The notes: a model not told the origin generated them from the sequence alone. Shown: positions 22,596 to 34,230, counted from the first letter of the stretch. The stretch: DNA of 64,000 nt from Clostridiales bacterium (GCA_918262735.1 CAKJYJ010000002.1:57226-121225); one strand, 5' to 3'. Program-made: numbers and translations.

Positions 22596-23438
22596 ATGTT
22601 TCAAATAGTAAATAAAAAAATGTTAAACAACACGGTGTGTGAAATGGATGTACTTGCCCCAATGGTTGCAAAAAAAGCACGTGCGGGACAATTTATTATT
22701 TTAAGAGTTGATGAGGGCGGTGAAAGAATACCACTCACCGTTGCTGGCTGTGATGAGAATGAAGGGCTTGTTAAAATTATATTTCAAATTGTTGGTTCCA
22801 CAACTGAAAAGTTAAATCAAAAAAATGTTGGTGATTCTATTTCTGATTTTGTTGGGCCACTTGGTAATCCAACAGAAATTGAAAATGTTAAAAATGCTTG
22901 TGTTGTTGGTGGCGGTGTGGGGTGTGCAATTGCAATGCCAGTTGCAAGAGCTCTAAAAAATTCTGGTGCCAATGTTACATCAGTTATTGGCTTTAGGTCA
23001 AAAGATATTGTTATTTTAGAAGATGAATTCAAAGAAATATCCAATAATTTTTACTTGACCACAGACGACGGAACCTATGGAGAACAAGGTAATGTTTGTG
23101 TTCCTCTTGAGAGGTTGCTTGCCAGTGGAACTAAATTTGACAAAATATATGCTATTGGTCCACTTATAATGATGAAATTTGTTGTTGCAACGGCAAAAAA
23201 ATATAATATTCCGTGTATTGTTTCAATGAATCCAATTATGATTGACGGGACCGGAATGTGTGGTTGCTGTCGGCTCTCGGTTAATGGAAAAATGAAATTT
23301 GCCTGTGTTGATGGTCCCGATTTTGATGGATACGGCGTTGATTTTGATGAGGCTATGTGGAGAAATAACATGTATAAAGAATTTGAAGCTAAAAAAAGAG
23401 AAGAAACATGTAATCTCTTCAAAAAGGAGGTAAGGTAG
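22596..23438 (+). CDS. nfnA: Electron-bifurcating transhydrogenase small subunit NfnA (SudB-like)
   Basis: GQFIIL, ERIPLT, GGGVG, DGTGMCGCCR...CVDGPDF. Confidence 0.9.
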   Translation: MFQIVNKKMLNNTVCEMDVLAPMVAKKARAGQFIILRVDEGGERIPLTVAGCDENEGLVKIIFQIVGSTTEKLNQKNVGDSISDFVGPLGNPTEIENVKNACVVGGGVGCAIAMPVARALKNSGANVTSVIGFRSKDIVILEDEFKEISNNFYLTTDDGTYGEQGNVCVPLERLLASGTKFDKIYAIGPLIMMKFVVATAKKYNIPCIVSMNPIMIDGTGMCGCCRLSVNGKMKFACVDGPDFDGYGVDFDEAMWRNNMYKEFEAKKREETCNLFKKEVR

Positions 23439-23439
23439 T

Positions 23440-24867
23440 ATGCCTGAATTACCAAATTTACAAAATACAAAAACTCCAATGCCGGTTCAAGACCCGTCTG
23501 TTAGGGCTCATAATTTTAATGAAGTTGCAACTGGCTACACTGAAGAAATGGCAATTAATGAGGCAAAGAGGTGTCTTAATTGTAAACATATGCCATGCGT
23601 TGGCGGTTGCCCTGTTAAAGTATATATTCCCGAATTTATTGCAAAAGTAAGAGCTGGCGATTTTGATGGCGCCTACGAAGTTATACAAAAGTCATCGCGC
23701 TTACCCGCCATTTGTGGAAGGGTCTGTCCACAAGAAACTCAATGCGAGTCTAAATGCGTTAGAGGTATTAAGGGCGAGCCTGTCGCAATTGGAAGGCTTG
23801 AGCGTTTTGTTGCAGATTATCATAATAAAAAGACTAATCAAGTGGTTAATGATATTCAGAAAAATGGGATTAAGGTTGCCATTGTCGGCTCTGGACCATC
23901 TGGGCTTGCTTGTGCTGGTGAACTGGCACAAAAGGGTTATGAAGTAACTGTGTTTGAAGCCTTGCATAAATTGGGAGGTGTTTTGGCTTATGGAATTCCA
24001 GAGTTTAGGCTTCCTAAAAAAATATTAGATTTAGAAATTAGTAACCTTAAAAATATGGGGGTTAAGTTTGAAACCAATGTTGTTATTGGAAGAACAATAA
24101 CTGTTGACGAATTACTTGGTGGTGGTTATGGTGCTGTGTTTATTGGAACGGGTGCTGGGCTCCCACGGTTTATGGGAATTGATGGTGAAGGTCTAAATGG
24201 TGTTTATTCCGCAAATGAATTTTTAACTAGAAGTAATTTAATGCAAGCGTACGAAAACAATTCTGAAACACCAATAATGAAGGGTGGAAATGTTGCCGTT
24301 GTTGGTGGTGGAAATGTTGCTATGGACGCTGCAAGAACTGCCCTTAGGCTTGGTGCAAATAAGGTGTATATTATATATAGACGTTCAATGGATGAAATGC
24401 CGGCAAGAAAAGAAGAAATTGAGCATGCAATTGAAGAGGGTATTGAGTTCAAAATACTAACTAACCCAATTGAAGTTTTGGGTCACAAAAACGAAAACGA
24501 TAAAAAAGACCCAAAAAATGGGTTTGTTAGGGCTATTCGTTGCATAAAAATGGAACTTGGTGAGCCAGACGAAAACGGAAGAAGGCGACCTGTGGAAATT
24601 CCAAATAGTGAATTTGATATTGATGTTGATGTTGTTATAATGGCGATAGGAACATCTCCAAATCCGCTTATTAAAAACACAACGGGCGGGCTTGATGTTA
24701 ACAAATATGGGTGTATTGTTGTTGACGAACAAACATTCAAAACATCAAAAGATTATGTTTATGCGGGCGGTGATGCTGTTACAGGTGCGGCAACGGTTAT
24801 TTCAGCAATGGGTGCCGGAAAAACTGCTGGTAACGCAATTGATGAATTATTAAAAAATAACAAATAG
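23440..24867 (+). CDS. nfnB: NfnB / GltA-like NADPH-dependent oxidoreductase large subunit
   Basis: RCLNC..PCVGGCP, CGRVCPQETQCE, GSGPSG, GGGNVAMD, AGGDAVTG; coupled to nfnA. Confidence 0.9.
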   Translation: MPELPNLQNTKTPMPVQDPSVRAHNFNEVATGYTEEMAINEAKRCLNCKHMPCVGGCPVKVYIPEFIAKVRAGDFDGAYEVIQKSSRLPAICGRVCPQETQCESKCVRGIKGEPVAIGRLERFVADYHNKKTNQVVNDIQKNGIKVAIVGSGPSGLACAGELAQKGYEVTVFEALHKLGGVLAYGIPEFRLPKKILDLEISNLKNMGVKFETNVVIGRTITVDELLGGGYGAVFIGTGAGLPRFMGIDGEGLNGVYSANEFLTRSNLMQAYENNSETPIMKGGNVAVVGGGNVAMDAARTALRLGANKVYIIYRRSMDEMPARKEEIEHAIEEGIEFKILTNPIEVLGHKNENDKKDPKNGFVRAIRCIKMELGEPDENGRRRPVEIPNSEFDIDVDVVIMAIGTSPNPLIKNTTGGLDVNKYGCIVVDEQTFKTSKDYVYAGGDAVTGAATVISAMGAGKTAGNAIDELLKNNK

Positions 24868-24891
24868 TATAATTACCTAATCAAACACATA

Positions 24892-24927
24892 CAAAAAAGG
24901 TGCAATGTTAAAATTGCACCCTTTTTA
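24892..24927. terminator. Bidirectional intrinsic terminator
   Basis: ggtgcaat / attgcacc stem with A and T tails. Confidence 0.75.
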
Positions 24928-24973
24928 TATAAAAATTGTAAAAATTTGAGTTTTTTATTAAAAAATAAACTAA

Positions 24974-25417
24974 TTATTTATAATAATGATAATTCACTAA
25001 CAATTCCTCAAATACTGCAAGTTCTAATTTTGCTGCAGCTTCACTGTCTGATGAGTGGATAACATTTTCGGTTACACGTCTTTCAATTCCAAGACGTTTT
25101 GGAATATCGTACCTAATTGTTCCTTCGGCAGGGTTTTTGGTTGCTCCAGCTAATTTTCTAATTGTTTCAATTGCGTTTTCGCCAACAACCTTCATTCCAT
25201 ATGCTTTGTCGCTTGTTATGTATCTTTCTAGATTTGGGTAGTAATCTCTTCCAACGTGTTCGTGGTAGTGCTTTTTTGCTGTGAGTGGAGTATATTTAAT
25301 ATAACCCTCCAAAACGACTGAAATGTGGTGTTCTTGCAACCTTTGTTTAACCATCTGAATAACCTCGGGTTTATTTGCAAACTCGGGCTTTATCATTACA
25401 TATGATGTTTCTAACAT
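24974..25417 (-). CDS. ndk: Nucleoside diphosphate kinase
   Basis: MIKP, HY.EH, GATKNPAEGTIR, NVIHSSDS catalytic His. Confidence 0.92.
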   Translation of the reverse strand: MLETSYVMIKPEFANKPEVIQMVKQRLQEHHISVVLEGYIKYTPLTAKKHYHEHVGRDYYPNLERYITSDKAYGMKVVGENAIETIRKLAGATKNPAEGTIRYDIPKRLGIERRVTENVIHSSDSEAAAKLELAVFEELLVNYHYYK

Positions 25418-25542
25418 ATTTTTCTCCTCACAGATTTATTCTATCAATAAACTATAAATGTGTCAATAAAAATTATTTAAGTTAAAACTATATTGCAAAG
25501 ATGTTTTACGAAATAAAAAACACGGGCAATGCCGTGTTTGAT

Positions 25543-26013
25543 TTATGCTTTTATTTTAAGAATTTTTAAACTACATTCGCCAACTGGTGTTTTAACAGAA
25601 ACAACATCGCCTTTTTTCTTTCCAAGAAGGGCGCTGCCAACTGGGCTTTCATTTGATATTAAGCCATTAGCTGGGTCGCTTTCTGTGCTTCCAATAATTG
25701 TGTAATCAACCTCTTCATCAAAATCTTGATCATAAACGGTTACAGTGCAACCAATTGAAACTTTTGAAGTGTCGATATTATCTTTATCAATAACAACGCA
25801 GGTTTTAAGCTTGGCTTCCATTTCGGCAATTTCTGCCTCAATTTTTCCTTGCTCTTCTTTTGCAGAATCGTATTCTGCATTTTCGGAAAGGTCGCCAAAT
25901 TCTCTTGCAATGCCAATTTTTTTGGTGACTTCTGGGCGTTTAACGGTTCTGTAGTAGTTTAGTTTTTCTTCTAATTGTTTTTTTCCTTCCTCTGTTAAAT
26001 ATATTGTTTGCAT
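25543..26013 (-). CDS. greA: Transcription elongation factor GreA
   Basis: [22 protein letters not shown]. Confidence 0.97.
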   Translation of the reverse strand: MQTIYLTEEGKKQLEEKLNYYRTVKRPEVTKKIGIAREFGDLSENAEYDSAKEEQGKIEAEIAEMEAKLKTCVVIDKDNIDTSKVSIGCTVTVYDQDFDEEVDYTIIGSTESDPANGLISNESPVGSALLGKKKGDVVSVKTPVGECSLKILKIKA

Positions 26014-26253
26014 ATTGCCTCCTTAAATAAGTTAAAATAAAAAAAATATGCGATATGTCGCAGAAATCTTGTCTTTTATTATTTAACCCGCACATATTAA
26101 CATTTTAATTAAAATTTGTCAACACTTTTTAATAAAAAACAAGAATTATAATAGTTATATTTGATATGTTAGTAATTTATGCATCATTGTTTAATAATGT
26201 TACAAAGCATAAATTTAGTAAAATGAAACACAATAAACAAAAAGGGAATAACG

Positions 26254-26526
26254 ATGTTAAATTTAATTGCAATTTTAATATTAATAATTGGAGGGCTTAA
26301 TTGGGCGAGCGTTGGCTTTTTGCAGTATGATTATATCGCTGGCTTTTTTGGCACGCAAGCCAGCATATTCTCTAGGCTATTGTATATTATCATTGGTGTT
26401 GCAACGCTATATTTTATTTTTATGATATTTAAATATAGAGGTAACGTTAAAATTATTGATAGAAAGAAAAAAGACGCGCCACGATATATTTATACCGAAG
26501 ATAACAATCATGACATGCTTGGCTAA
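26254..26526 (+). CDS. DUF378 (YuzA-like) membrane protein
   Basis: IIGGLNW...FFG...SRLLYIIIG. Confidence 0.85.
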   Translation: MLNLIAILILIIGGLNWASVGFLQYDYIAGFFGTQASIFSRLLYIIIGVATLYFIFMIFKYRGNVKIIDRKKKDAPRYIYTEDNNHDMLG

Positions 26527-26606
26527 AATTTATAATAATGAATTAATTACAATATTATTATAAATTAAATTCATAATAATAAATTAATCGTTATGTAAAT
26601 GGGTTG

Positions 26607-27410
26607 TTAAAAATCTATGTATTCTTGATTTTTCTCTATGGGTTGTGTGTCCTGCAAATTTTCACACGTTTCTTCTGGTGTTTTAAGTGTGTGGTTTTTA
26701 ACATAGTCTATATCTATCTCAGAATACTTCCTTAAAATATTGAACTTATACGAATAAAAATCGTTTTCACCTAGAATTAAATTATCAACAAGCACACAAG
26801 AGAATGAATTCAAGATGGTTGTTAATTTTTCAAATATTTGGTAATCAGATGCCGAAGGCTTTGCATTATGTTCTGGGTGGGTGTGTGCAAACATAATAAA
26901 ACCAGTTTGATGAGAAACAATAAAGTCGGTTATTTCTTTTGTGTCTATATCAATATATGAATGGCTTGTACCTTTAAACAGTTTGTAATTTTTAACAGAA
27001 TAGTTTTTGCCAAGATGAATAACAATAAATTGCTCATTTCTAGATGGTGGCATAACACTTGTTATAAAATTAATTATTGTTCCTAAATTTATCAGACGTA
27101 CATTTTTTGATATCTTAGATTTTTTGCGCAAAAATTCAGATGCTCCAACGGTGGTTAAGAAGTCGGCAGTTTTATCGCCAATGCCGGCAACTTGTTTTAA
27201 TTCTGTTGCGGTGGCGCTCAAAACTCCATCTAAAGTCATAAACTCATCAAGTAATGCGTGGGCCAAAGGATTGGTGTCGGCTCGAGGAATAACAAAGGTA
27301 AGCAAGTATTCTAAATAGTTAATTTCGCTTTGATTATATATTCCATCTCTTAATATTTTTTCTCTTAATCTTTGTCTGTGACCAGCATGAATATTATCTT
27401 TTATTTTCAT
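26607..27410 (-). CDS. radC: RadC/JAB domain protein
   Basis: HAGHRQRLR, IPRADTN..A..LL, HhH GIG, HTHP...PSASD; ATG 27410. Confidence 0.88.
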   Translation of the reverse strand: MKIKDNIHAGHRQRLREKILRDGIYNQSEINYLEYLLTFVIPRADTNPLAHALLDEFMTLDGVLSATATELKQVAGIGDKTADFLTTVGASEFLRKKSKISKNVRLINLGTIINFITSVMPPSRNEQFIVIHLGKNYSVKNYKLFKGTSHSYIDIDTKEITDFIVSHQTGFIMFAHTHPEHNAKPSASDYQIFEKLTTILNSFSCVLVDNLILGENDFYSYKFNILRKYSEIDIDYVKNHTLKTPEETCENLQDTQPIEKNQEYIDF

Positions 27411-27493
27411 ATCCAAATTATATCACAAATTATTTATGACTTACTAATAAATTAAAACATTTTTGCGTAAAATGTTATATAAAAGGATTAACT

Positions 27494-28900
27494 TTGAAAA
27501 AGATACAACCAAAAACAAAGATTAGTTATGGCATTGGAAATTTAGGCTATGGAACAATATCGCAAACCATGTCTAATTTTATTATGTTTTTTGGAACAAG
27601 CGTGCTTGGTGTGCCAGGAACGCTTGTTGGCATTGCAATAGCTGTTTCTGCATTTTGGGATGGTCTTAGTGATCCAATAATTGGTTACATTTCAGACAGA
27701 CACCAAAGCCGGCTGTTTGGTAGAAGGCTTGGATTTATGCTTGTTGCGACCTTTGGAATGGCGGTTTTTAACATTCTTTTATGGAGCATACCGGGTTCGC
27801 TTTCAACCGGATTTAAGTTTGTTTGGCTTTTAGTTTGTTTAATTGCAATAGAAACCTTTAACACATTCTTTGCGACGCCATATGTTGCACTTGGAATTGA
27901 TATTGCCCCAGACTATAATGACCAGAGCAGTATTCAAGGTTACAAAACGGTGTTTTTTATTATTGGAATGGTGTTACCAACAATTTTAATGATGATTATT
28001 ATGCCGCATCAAACACAAACGGCACAACTTGCTCAAATTGGTTATATAAATATATCGTATATCACCAGTGCCCTTTGCATTGCGTGTGGAACTATATGTA
28101 TTGTTGGAACAATTAAACGTGTTGAAGAAATGAATGATAATACAATAAGAAAAAAAGAAGACAATGCATTTTTCAAAATCTTTTATAATTTTTTTAAAAC
28201 ACTAAAACATAAGGATTTTAGTCCCATTATATGTGGATATTCAATAGCACTTATTGCTGCTGCTTTTTTGATGAGTGTGGGAATGCATCTGTTTACATAT
28301 TCTTTTCACTTTTCTTCTTTTCAAATATCGCTTCTTATGAGTTTTTTATTTGTTGGTGCAATTATAGGTCAACCATTTTGGATTTATTTAAGCAAGAGAA
28401 TAGATAAAAAGCCGGCACTAAACGTTGCTTTGTTTATGATTCTTATTGGGATTTTTTTTGTTGGAGTAATTTTTAGTTTTAGGTTGTTTATACCTATTAG
28501 TCTTAATTTCTATTTAATTCTCCCAAGCATTTTATTTTGCGGGTTTGGCACAGGTGCTTTGTATAGCCTGCCAATTTCAATGTACGCAGACGTTGTGACA
28601 TTAGAGGGGCTAAAGAGTAAACAAAACAAAACGGCAACATATAGCGGATATATGACATTCGCATATAACATTGCAAATTCAATTGCCCTTTTAATTATTG
28701 GTGTTCTTCTTGATTTAATTAAGTTTAATCCTAAAGAACCCGTGCAGGCACTTAAGGTTCAAAATGCACTTGGTGTTATTGTGATACTGGGATGTGCAGT
28801 ATCCATTGGACTATCGGTGATTATTTTTAGCAAATACAAACTCACTCGTTCTGAAATATTAAAACAACAAATGTTGGCAAAAAAACAAAAAAATAGTTAG
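27494..28900 (+). CDS. MFS transporter, glycoside-pentoside-hexuronide (MelB-like) family
   Basis: SYGIG, WDGLSDPIIGYISDR...FGRR, SMYADV; about 12 TMs. Confidence 0.9.
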   Translation: MKKIQPKTKISYGIGNLGYGTISQTMSNFIMFFGTSVLGVPGTLVGIAIAVSAFWDGLSDPIIGYISDRHQSRLFGRRLGFMLVATFGMAVFNILLWSIPGSLSTGFKFVWLLVCLIAIETFNTFFATPYVALGIDIAPDYNDQSSIQGYKTVFFIIGMVLPTILMMIIMPHQTQTAQLAQIGYINISYITSALCIACGTICIVGTIKRVEEMNDNTIRKKEDNAFFKIFYNFFKTLKHKDFSPIICGYSIALIAAAFLMSVGMHLFTYSFHFSSFQISLLMSFLFVGAIIGQPFWIYLSKRIDKKPALNVALFMILIGIFFVGVIFSFRLFIPISLNFYLILPSILFCGFGTGALYSLPISMYADVVTLEGLKSKQNKTATYSGYMTFAYNIANSIALLIIGVLLDLIKFNPKEPVQALKVQNALGVIVILGCAVSIGLSVIIFSKYKLTRSEILKQQMLAKKQKNS

Positions 28901-29091
28901 CCATCTTACAAGCTTCAAAAAATAATACAAAAGCGATAGACAAATGAATAAATTTACCATGTTTGAAACTCTCGATATTTGTTGTTAATAATCTGTTTTT
29001 ATGTTATAATAATGACTGTATTTAATATTCATAAAGGATAATAATGTTTGATAAATTCAAACACACCATTTAGGTTTGAATCAAAGGAGAA

Positions 29092-32000
29092 ATGATGAAA
29101 AGAAAATTACTTTTTTTGTTGATATTATTCTTTTTAATTATGCCACTTAATATAATTTTTGTGGCTTGTGACGCTGGTGGAGGCACGCCAGAGCCGGTTG
29201 ACCCTAGAATTCAACTTACGAGAAATAGAATTCAATATTCAGGAGGAACTTGTTATTACACAGGGCAAGAGCAAACCCTTGACTTAGATAGGTTAACAAT
29301 TCAATGTAATGGGAACAAAGTTGCAAATGTTTTTTTTACATTTGAATACAGGAATAATATTAATGTTGGTACTGCTGTGTTAATTATAACATGTAAAGAC
29401 AGCAACCCCACATTTAAGGGTACCTGCGAATTTTCATTTAATATTGCGGCATCTACAACAACAGTATCCACATTACAAGACTTAAAAGATAAAATAAACA
29501 ACACCAATTATCGTGGAGTCACTCTTAATACATCATTAACCATTGAAAGAGATGACAGTTTAACCATTTCTGAAAGCCCAATTCTAATTATTTCAGATGG
29601 TGCCAAATTAATTAATAATGGTACAATCACCATCAACGGTTCCACATTCGTTCGAAGTGGATGCCAGATTATCAATAATGGCACAATTATCAACAATGCA
29701 AACTTAGAGATAGCACGGAATGGCGTGTTTTATGCAGGCACATATAATGGCTCTGGCACGGTGTCTAATGAGGGCACGGTATATTCAGATGGTGTTAGAA
29801 TTAGTAATTTAACAAATAATGAAAGTGGACGAGATTATGTTCGTGAAGACCTTGCCAATGCCACAATAACATTAGAAAATATGACAGATGGTAAGGTGGA
29901 GTATATATACAACACTAGTAAATTTACAACAACCATTTACGTAAATGGTGTTGTTTTTGAGGATGGGCAATATGATTTTGGTAATTACACAATGCCAACA
30001 TCAAACGCAGTTCTAACACTGCAAGCAGACTACGACAATTATAAAAGCCAAAAGTTTTGTGGCACAAGGGAATTTACATATGAGATAGTTAAGGGGATTG
30101 CACAAATATCGTCATATTCGGAGTTAATCAGCGCGCAGGCATCTGGGCGATATGACAGGTTTAATGGTGCAACTAATTCTCAAATTACCATTACCGCCGG
30201 CAATACGTTTACACTTGCTGATGATGAACAATTAAATGTTGGAACTATATATGTGAATGGCACACTTATTAACAATGGGGCAATAACCCTTACAACAAGA
30301 TTAGAAAATAGAAATGTTATTACCAACAATGGAGATATTCAAACGCCATTGCTTGATTGTGCATTGGGCACAACATTCACAAATGGTCAAGACGCAACAC
30401 TCATTATGTCTAATTCGTTTATATTAAAAGGTAATTTTACGAACAATGGCACGACCACAACGGCAGGGCTCACTTACAATTCATATAATGATAACGGCAG
30501 TATGAGTATTGTTAACGCAGGCACTTTAGCAATTAATGGAAATTTTACTGCACACAAATTAAATATTAATAATTCTGGCACAATTACACACTCTGGCACA
30601 TCATATTTGTATACAGAGTATTCAACTTTTACCAACACGGGAACATTCACCAACAACGGCACTATATATGGTTATTCTGACAATATTTTAACAGGTGTTA
30701 ATGGTGTTGTGTATCGTAAGTATTTAACAACAGACCACAATGAATACTCTGACAACACAGATAAATATGCTTATGTAGCATTGGACGAAAATGAATTTTT
30801 CTATTCTGGTGACAATAACATACCAAACATTATTGTCACAAGTGTAACATCTGGCACAGAGAGTTCATTTACATTGTATCCAAAAATAAATGGAAATACG
30901 ACAGAAATTATGTATTTATATAACAATGACTCATTCACAGGCTCTCGCAGAACAGATTACTCACTCGCCATTACCTACACTAACGCAGATTTACCATATG
31001 CGGGCGACGGGTTACTAGCAAGCGCGGGCAGTTTGCAAGTAAAATTCAAATCTGCTGATAATAATATTGAGTTTGTAACAAAGCCAGAAGACAGAGTAAC
31101 AAGATTGGTTTTAGAGTATACCGTTGAACGTGTACAAAAAACTATAAATAGCAGTAGTGTTCTTATTAGTATGCTTACCGATGGCACGGGAACATTGTAC
31201 CAAGGCAATTATTATGCCATGACACTCTCACAAAACATCACATTAACAATGTACAGTAACACTAAGCTTATTATTCAACCACATTGCACATTATATCTTG
31301 GTAGCCACATATTAACTTATCAAAATAGAAGCTCTGGTGCCAATGCCTATATTGAAAATAACGGCAAAATAGAGGGAACTGGTTCATCAATATTGTGCCT
31401 ATCACCTTATGGGTCATCAGATACAAAAACATTAATTTCCAATAGTGGTGAAATAGTGGATGTAGGCAAAATAATGCTGGAGCCTGTTTATACACGTCTA
31501 ATAAACTATACAGATAATGGCATAAAAAAAGTAAACAATACTCAAAATACAAAAATATACAACTTTAATAGTGTGGAATATACATCAGCAACTCTCTTTT
31601 GGGGTTTCCATGATACTACCGATACTATTGGCACCAATACGGGCGTTGATATATATACACGAACCAGTTTAAACAAACTACGCGATGATGGGGTGCTTAC
31701 TTTACAGTACTCATCAACACCATACGATGGAAACATGAAAACGCCGGCAGTTTACTTAAATGGTGCGCTTATTGACATAACGGTATTTAGCACACCACAA
31801 TATACCAACAACTTAAATGCAAGTCATGCAGATTTGGCGAGTGTTAGTTTAGGTGTGATTGATGAATACAACACATTATATGTTGGTTCAACCACGCTTA
31901 CATTTGCTATAGAGCAGATTGAACAAACAATTATTGGATTAAATCAGTCTATGATAAATAGCGGAAATTATTCTAAACTAATACTTACACAAAACATCAC

Positions 32001-32766
32001 ACTTTCAGAAAATGTTTCTCTTGGTAATTATCCGATAGTAATAGATATGGGCACATACGATTTTGTAAATTCGGGTTCAAACAATTACAGGGTTACATGC
32101 ACCAGTACTAGTGAAATTTGGGTGTCTGTAAATAGTGCGGATAGGTACGGAAAATATGGCGCGGTTGCCGACAAAATAACATTTGTAAATAATATCACCG
32201 ACACATCACTTCAATATATTAGAATGAGATATGATTATGCTAGTTTTGGCAATGCAAATGACCCAAATAAAATATTTAATTACGCTCACTATAACACTCT
32301 AACGATTGATTACAATGGATACAATTTTGCAGGACAGACAAATGTAAGTTTTCAAGCAGAAGACTCCGAACAAGTGTTTACATTAATTTTAACAAGCAGT
32401 GGTTCTCGCTCCGCACTGGGCACGGCTGGTGCAAACAATTATTCTTTAATTATTAGCAATCCGATGAGCGCAGGTGTGTATAATATAACGATGTCTAATT
32501 TAACGGTGTATGGTTGTAGTGCACCATACAACCCATCATATAGCGGAATTACCATAAGTGCGAACGACACAGTATTCGATGCATCTGGCAACACAGATAA
32601 TAATTATGGTTATGGATTTAGATTATGGGGAAGCCCAACCATTTATGGCTTCCAAAACGCCACGACGATTACAAATGGGACAAAATTAACCGTGAGAATC
32701 AATAGTGCAAGTAGTGTAAAAAATAAAGCCGGGTGGTCTGATGGAATATATATACAACACAGCTAG
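29092..32766 (+). CDS. Large surface lipoprotein with repeated Ig-like/beta-helix modules
   Basis: Lipobox FVAC; repeated Y-x-NN-x-N modules and N-N-G-T-I repeats; 1224 aa, Asn/Thr-rich. Confidence 0.7.
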   Translation: MMKRKLLFLLILFFLIMPLNIIFVACDAGGGTPEPVDPRIQLTRNRIQYSGGTCYYTGQEQTLDLDRLTIQCNGNKVANVFFTFEYRNNINVGTAVLIITCKDSNPTFKGTCEFSFNIAASTTTVSTLQDLKDKINNTNYRGVTLNTSLTIERDDSLTISESPILIISDGAKLINNGTITINGSTFVRSGCQIINNGTIINNANLEIARNGVFYAGTYNGSGTVSNEGTVYSDGVRISNLTNNESGRDYVREDLANATITLENMTDGKVEYIYNTSKFTTTIYVNGVVFEDGQYDFGNYTMPTSNAVLTLQADYDNYKSQKFCGTREFTYEIVKGIAQISSYSELISAQASGRYDRFNGATNSQITITAGNTFTLADDEQLNVGTIYVNGTLINNGAITLTTRLENRNVITNNGDIQTPLLDCALGTTFTNGQDATLIMSNSFILKGNFTNNGTTTTAGLTYNSYNDNGSMSIVNAGTLAINGNFTAHKLNINNSGTITHSGTSYLYTEYSTFTNTGTFTNNGTIYGYSDNILTGVNGVVYRKYLTTDHNEYSDNTDKYAYVALDENEFFYSGDNNIPNIIVTSVTSGTESSFTLYPKINGNTTEIMYLYNNDSFTGSRRTDYSLAITYTNADLPYAGDGLLASAGSLQVKFKSADNNIEFVTKPEDRVTRLVLEYTVERVQKTINSSSVLISMLTDGTGTLYQGNYYAMTLSQNITLTMYSNTKLIIQPHCTLYLGSHILTYQNRSSGANAYIENNGKIEGTGSSILCLSPYGSSDTKTLISNSGEIVDVGKIMLEPVYTRLINYTDNGIKKVNNTQNTKIYNFNSVEYTSATLFWGFHDTTDTIGTNTGVDIYTRTSLNKLRDDGVLTLQYSSTPYDGNMKTPAVYLNGALIDITVFSTPQYTNNLNASHADLASVSLGVIDEYNTLYVGSTTLTFAIEQIEQTIIGLNQSMINSGNYSKLILTQNITLSENVSLGNYPIVIDMGTYDFVNSGSNNYRVTCTSTSEIWVSVNSADRYGKYGAVADKITFVNNITDTSLQYIRMRYDYASFGNANDPNKIFNYAHYNTLTIDYNGYNFAGQTNVSFQAEDSEQVFTLILTSSGSRSALGTAGANNYSLIISNPMSAGVYNITMSNLTVYGCSAPYNPSYSGITISANDTVFDASGNTDNNYGYGFRLWGSPTIYGFQNATTITNGTKLTVRINSASSVKNKAGWSDGIYIQHS

Positions 32767-32831
32767 TAATTAAGTGTTTAAAGCCTCATGAAAACATGGG
32801 GCTTTTTAATGTTGTGGGAGAAAATTGTATA

Positions 32832-32861
32832 TTGACATAAAAATTATATTGATGATATAAT
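32832..32861 (+). promoter_or_regulatory. Sigma-A promoter
   Basis: TTGACA-18 nt-TATAAT with extended -10 TG. Confidence 0.7.
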
Positions 32862-32885
32862 AGTGTGGACAAATAGGAGAAAATA

Positions 32886-34019
32886 ATGAATAAAAATATT
32901 TATGTTGAATATGCACAAAGAGCCAGGGCGATTAAGATTAATAAAATAGATTATAACCTTGAGCAAACAAGAAACATAAAAGTATTGTTTGATGATTATA
33001 AAAAATATCTGGTTAAATATTTGAAAGAGTTAAAAACAAAAGCTTATGACATTGAGGGTGTTCGTCAAAACTTAAAGTTGGATGCACAAATGATATATAG
33101 AGATTTAGTTAACGCAGGCAACAATTTTGATTTTTATGAAACGTACGATGCAGCTAGCAGTCTTCACAATGCCGAGGCAATTTGCAAAAGAAATAAAAAC
33201 GACTTTTGGGCAAGCAAGTATGATGACGTTGACCGAAAATACAAATGCTATGTAAGAATTGACGCTGGATTTGGCCCAGGGTATGGATTTGAAAACATTA
33301 ACACAACCTTGGCACACCTGGCAGAGGTTGACAAACAAAATGAAGAAATAAGAAAAAAAATTGAAGAAAGTGAAACCCAGATTGAAAAAATAAAAGAAGA
33401 ACAGGCTAAACTTAAAAAACAAAGAACATTAGGTGTATTCGTAAAAAAATCTGCCAAGGAAAGAATACGAGAATTGGATCAATGCATTCGCGACGCCCAA
33501 CCGTTTATTAGGTGGAATAAAGCTCAACTTACAGATGATGAGAATTGTAATTATTTGGCAGATCTGAAAGCTGCTATAGATTTTTATAATAGTTTAAGCG
33601 AACAGGGCAAACAAAAACTAAATGAAATGATGTTAAAATGCAATAAGGCAGACGGGGAATTACAGGTAAAACAACTAAAAATGAATCAAGAAATAAATAA
33701 TATTATAATTGGAAATTCTCCAGAAACATTTATTAATTTTATTAAAAATAGTCCAAAGAGCGCTGAATATAAGCAATATATAAAAGATTTTTCAAAATAC
33801 TTATCAGAAAACAAAATATCATTAAGACTTGCAAATGGAAATTATTTTGATGTTTTCTCATTTGTTGACTTTGGAAGATATAAAAAAGAAGCAAAGTATT
33901 TGTTAGAACTTATTGATTTAAAAAAACAGAAAAGACAAGAAAAACAGGAAGAGAGTGATGGAGGCCGTCTTTTAGGAGCATGGGTTCATGCACCACACAA
34001 GATTGAATATATAGGGTAG
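32886..34019 (+). CDS. Hypothetical coiled-coil protein
   Basis: 377 aa ORF with own promoter, SD AGGAG and downstream terminator at about 34061-34089. Confidence 0.7.
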   Translation: MNKNIYVEYAQRARAIKINKIDYNLEQTRNIKVLFDDYKKYLVKYLKELKTKAYDIEGVRQNLKLDAQMIYRDLVNAGNNFDFYETYDAASSLHNAEAICKRNKNDFWASKYDDVDRKYKCYVRIDAGFGPGYGFENINTTLAHLAEVDKQNEEIRKKIEESETQIEKIKEEQAKLKKQRTLGVFVKKSAKERIRELDQCIRDAQPFIRWNKAQLTDDENCNYLADLKAAIDFYNSLSEQGKQKLNEMMLKCNKADGELQVKQLKMNQEINNIIIGNSPETFINFIKNSPKSAEYKQYIKDFSKYLSENKISLRLANGNYFDVFSFVDFGRYKKEAKYLLELIDLKKQKRQEKQEESDGGRLLGAWVHAPHKIEYIG

Positions 34020-34230
34020 GCATCCGTATAATCCAATATTTTATGTTATTAGAATAGTATAAAAACGACTTTAATTAGTCGTTTTTTTTGCATACAAGAA
34101 CATTAAGAGCAAATATTTTTATATATTTCAAAAATATATAAAATTCAAAAAACAGTTGTTATTATTAAAAAATACAGTTATAATAACAATATAATTAGTG
34201 GTTTCTGCAAATTATAAAAGGGGGTGCGTT

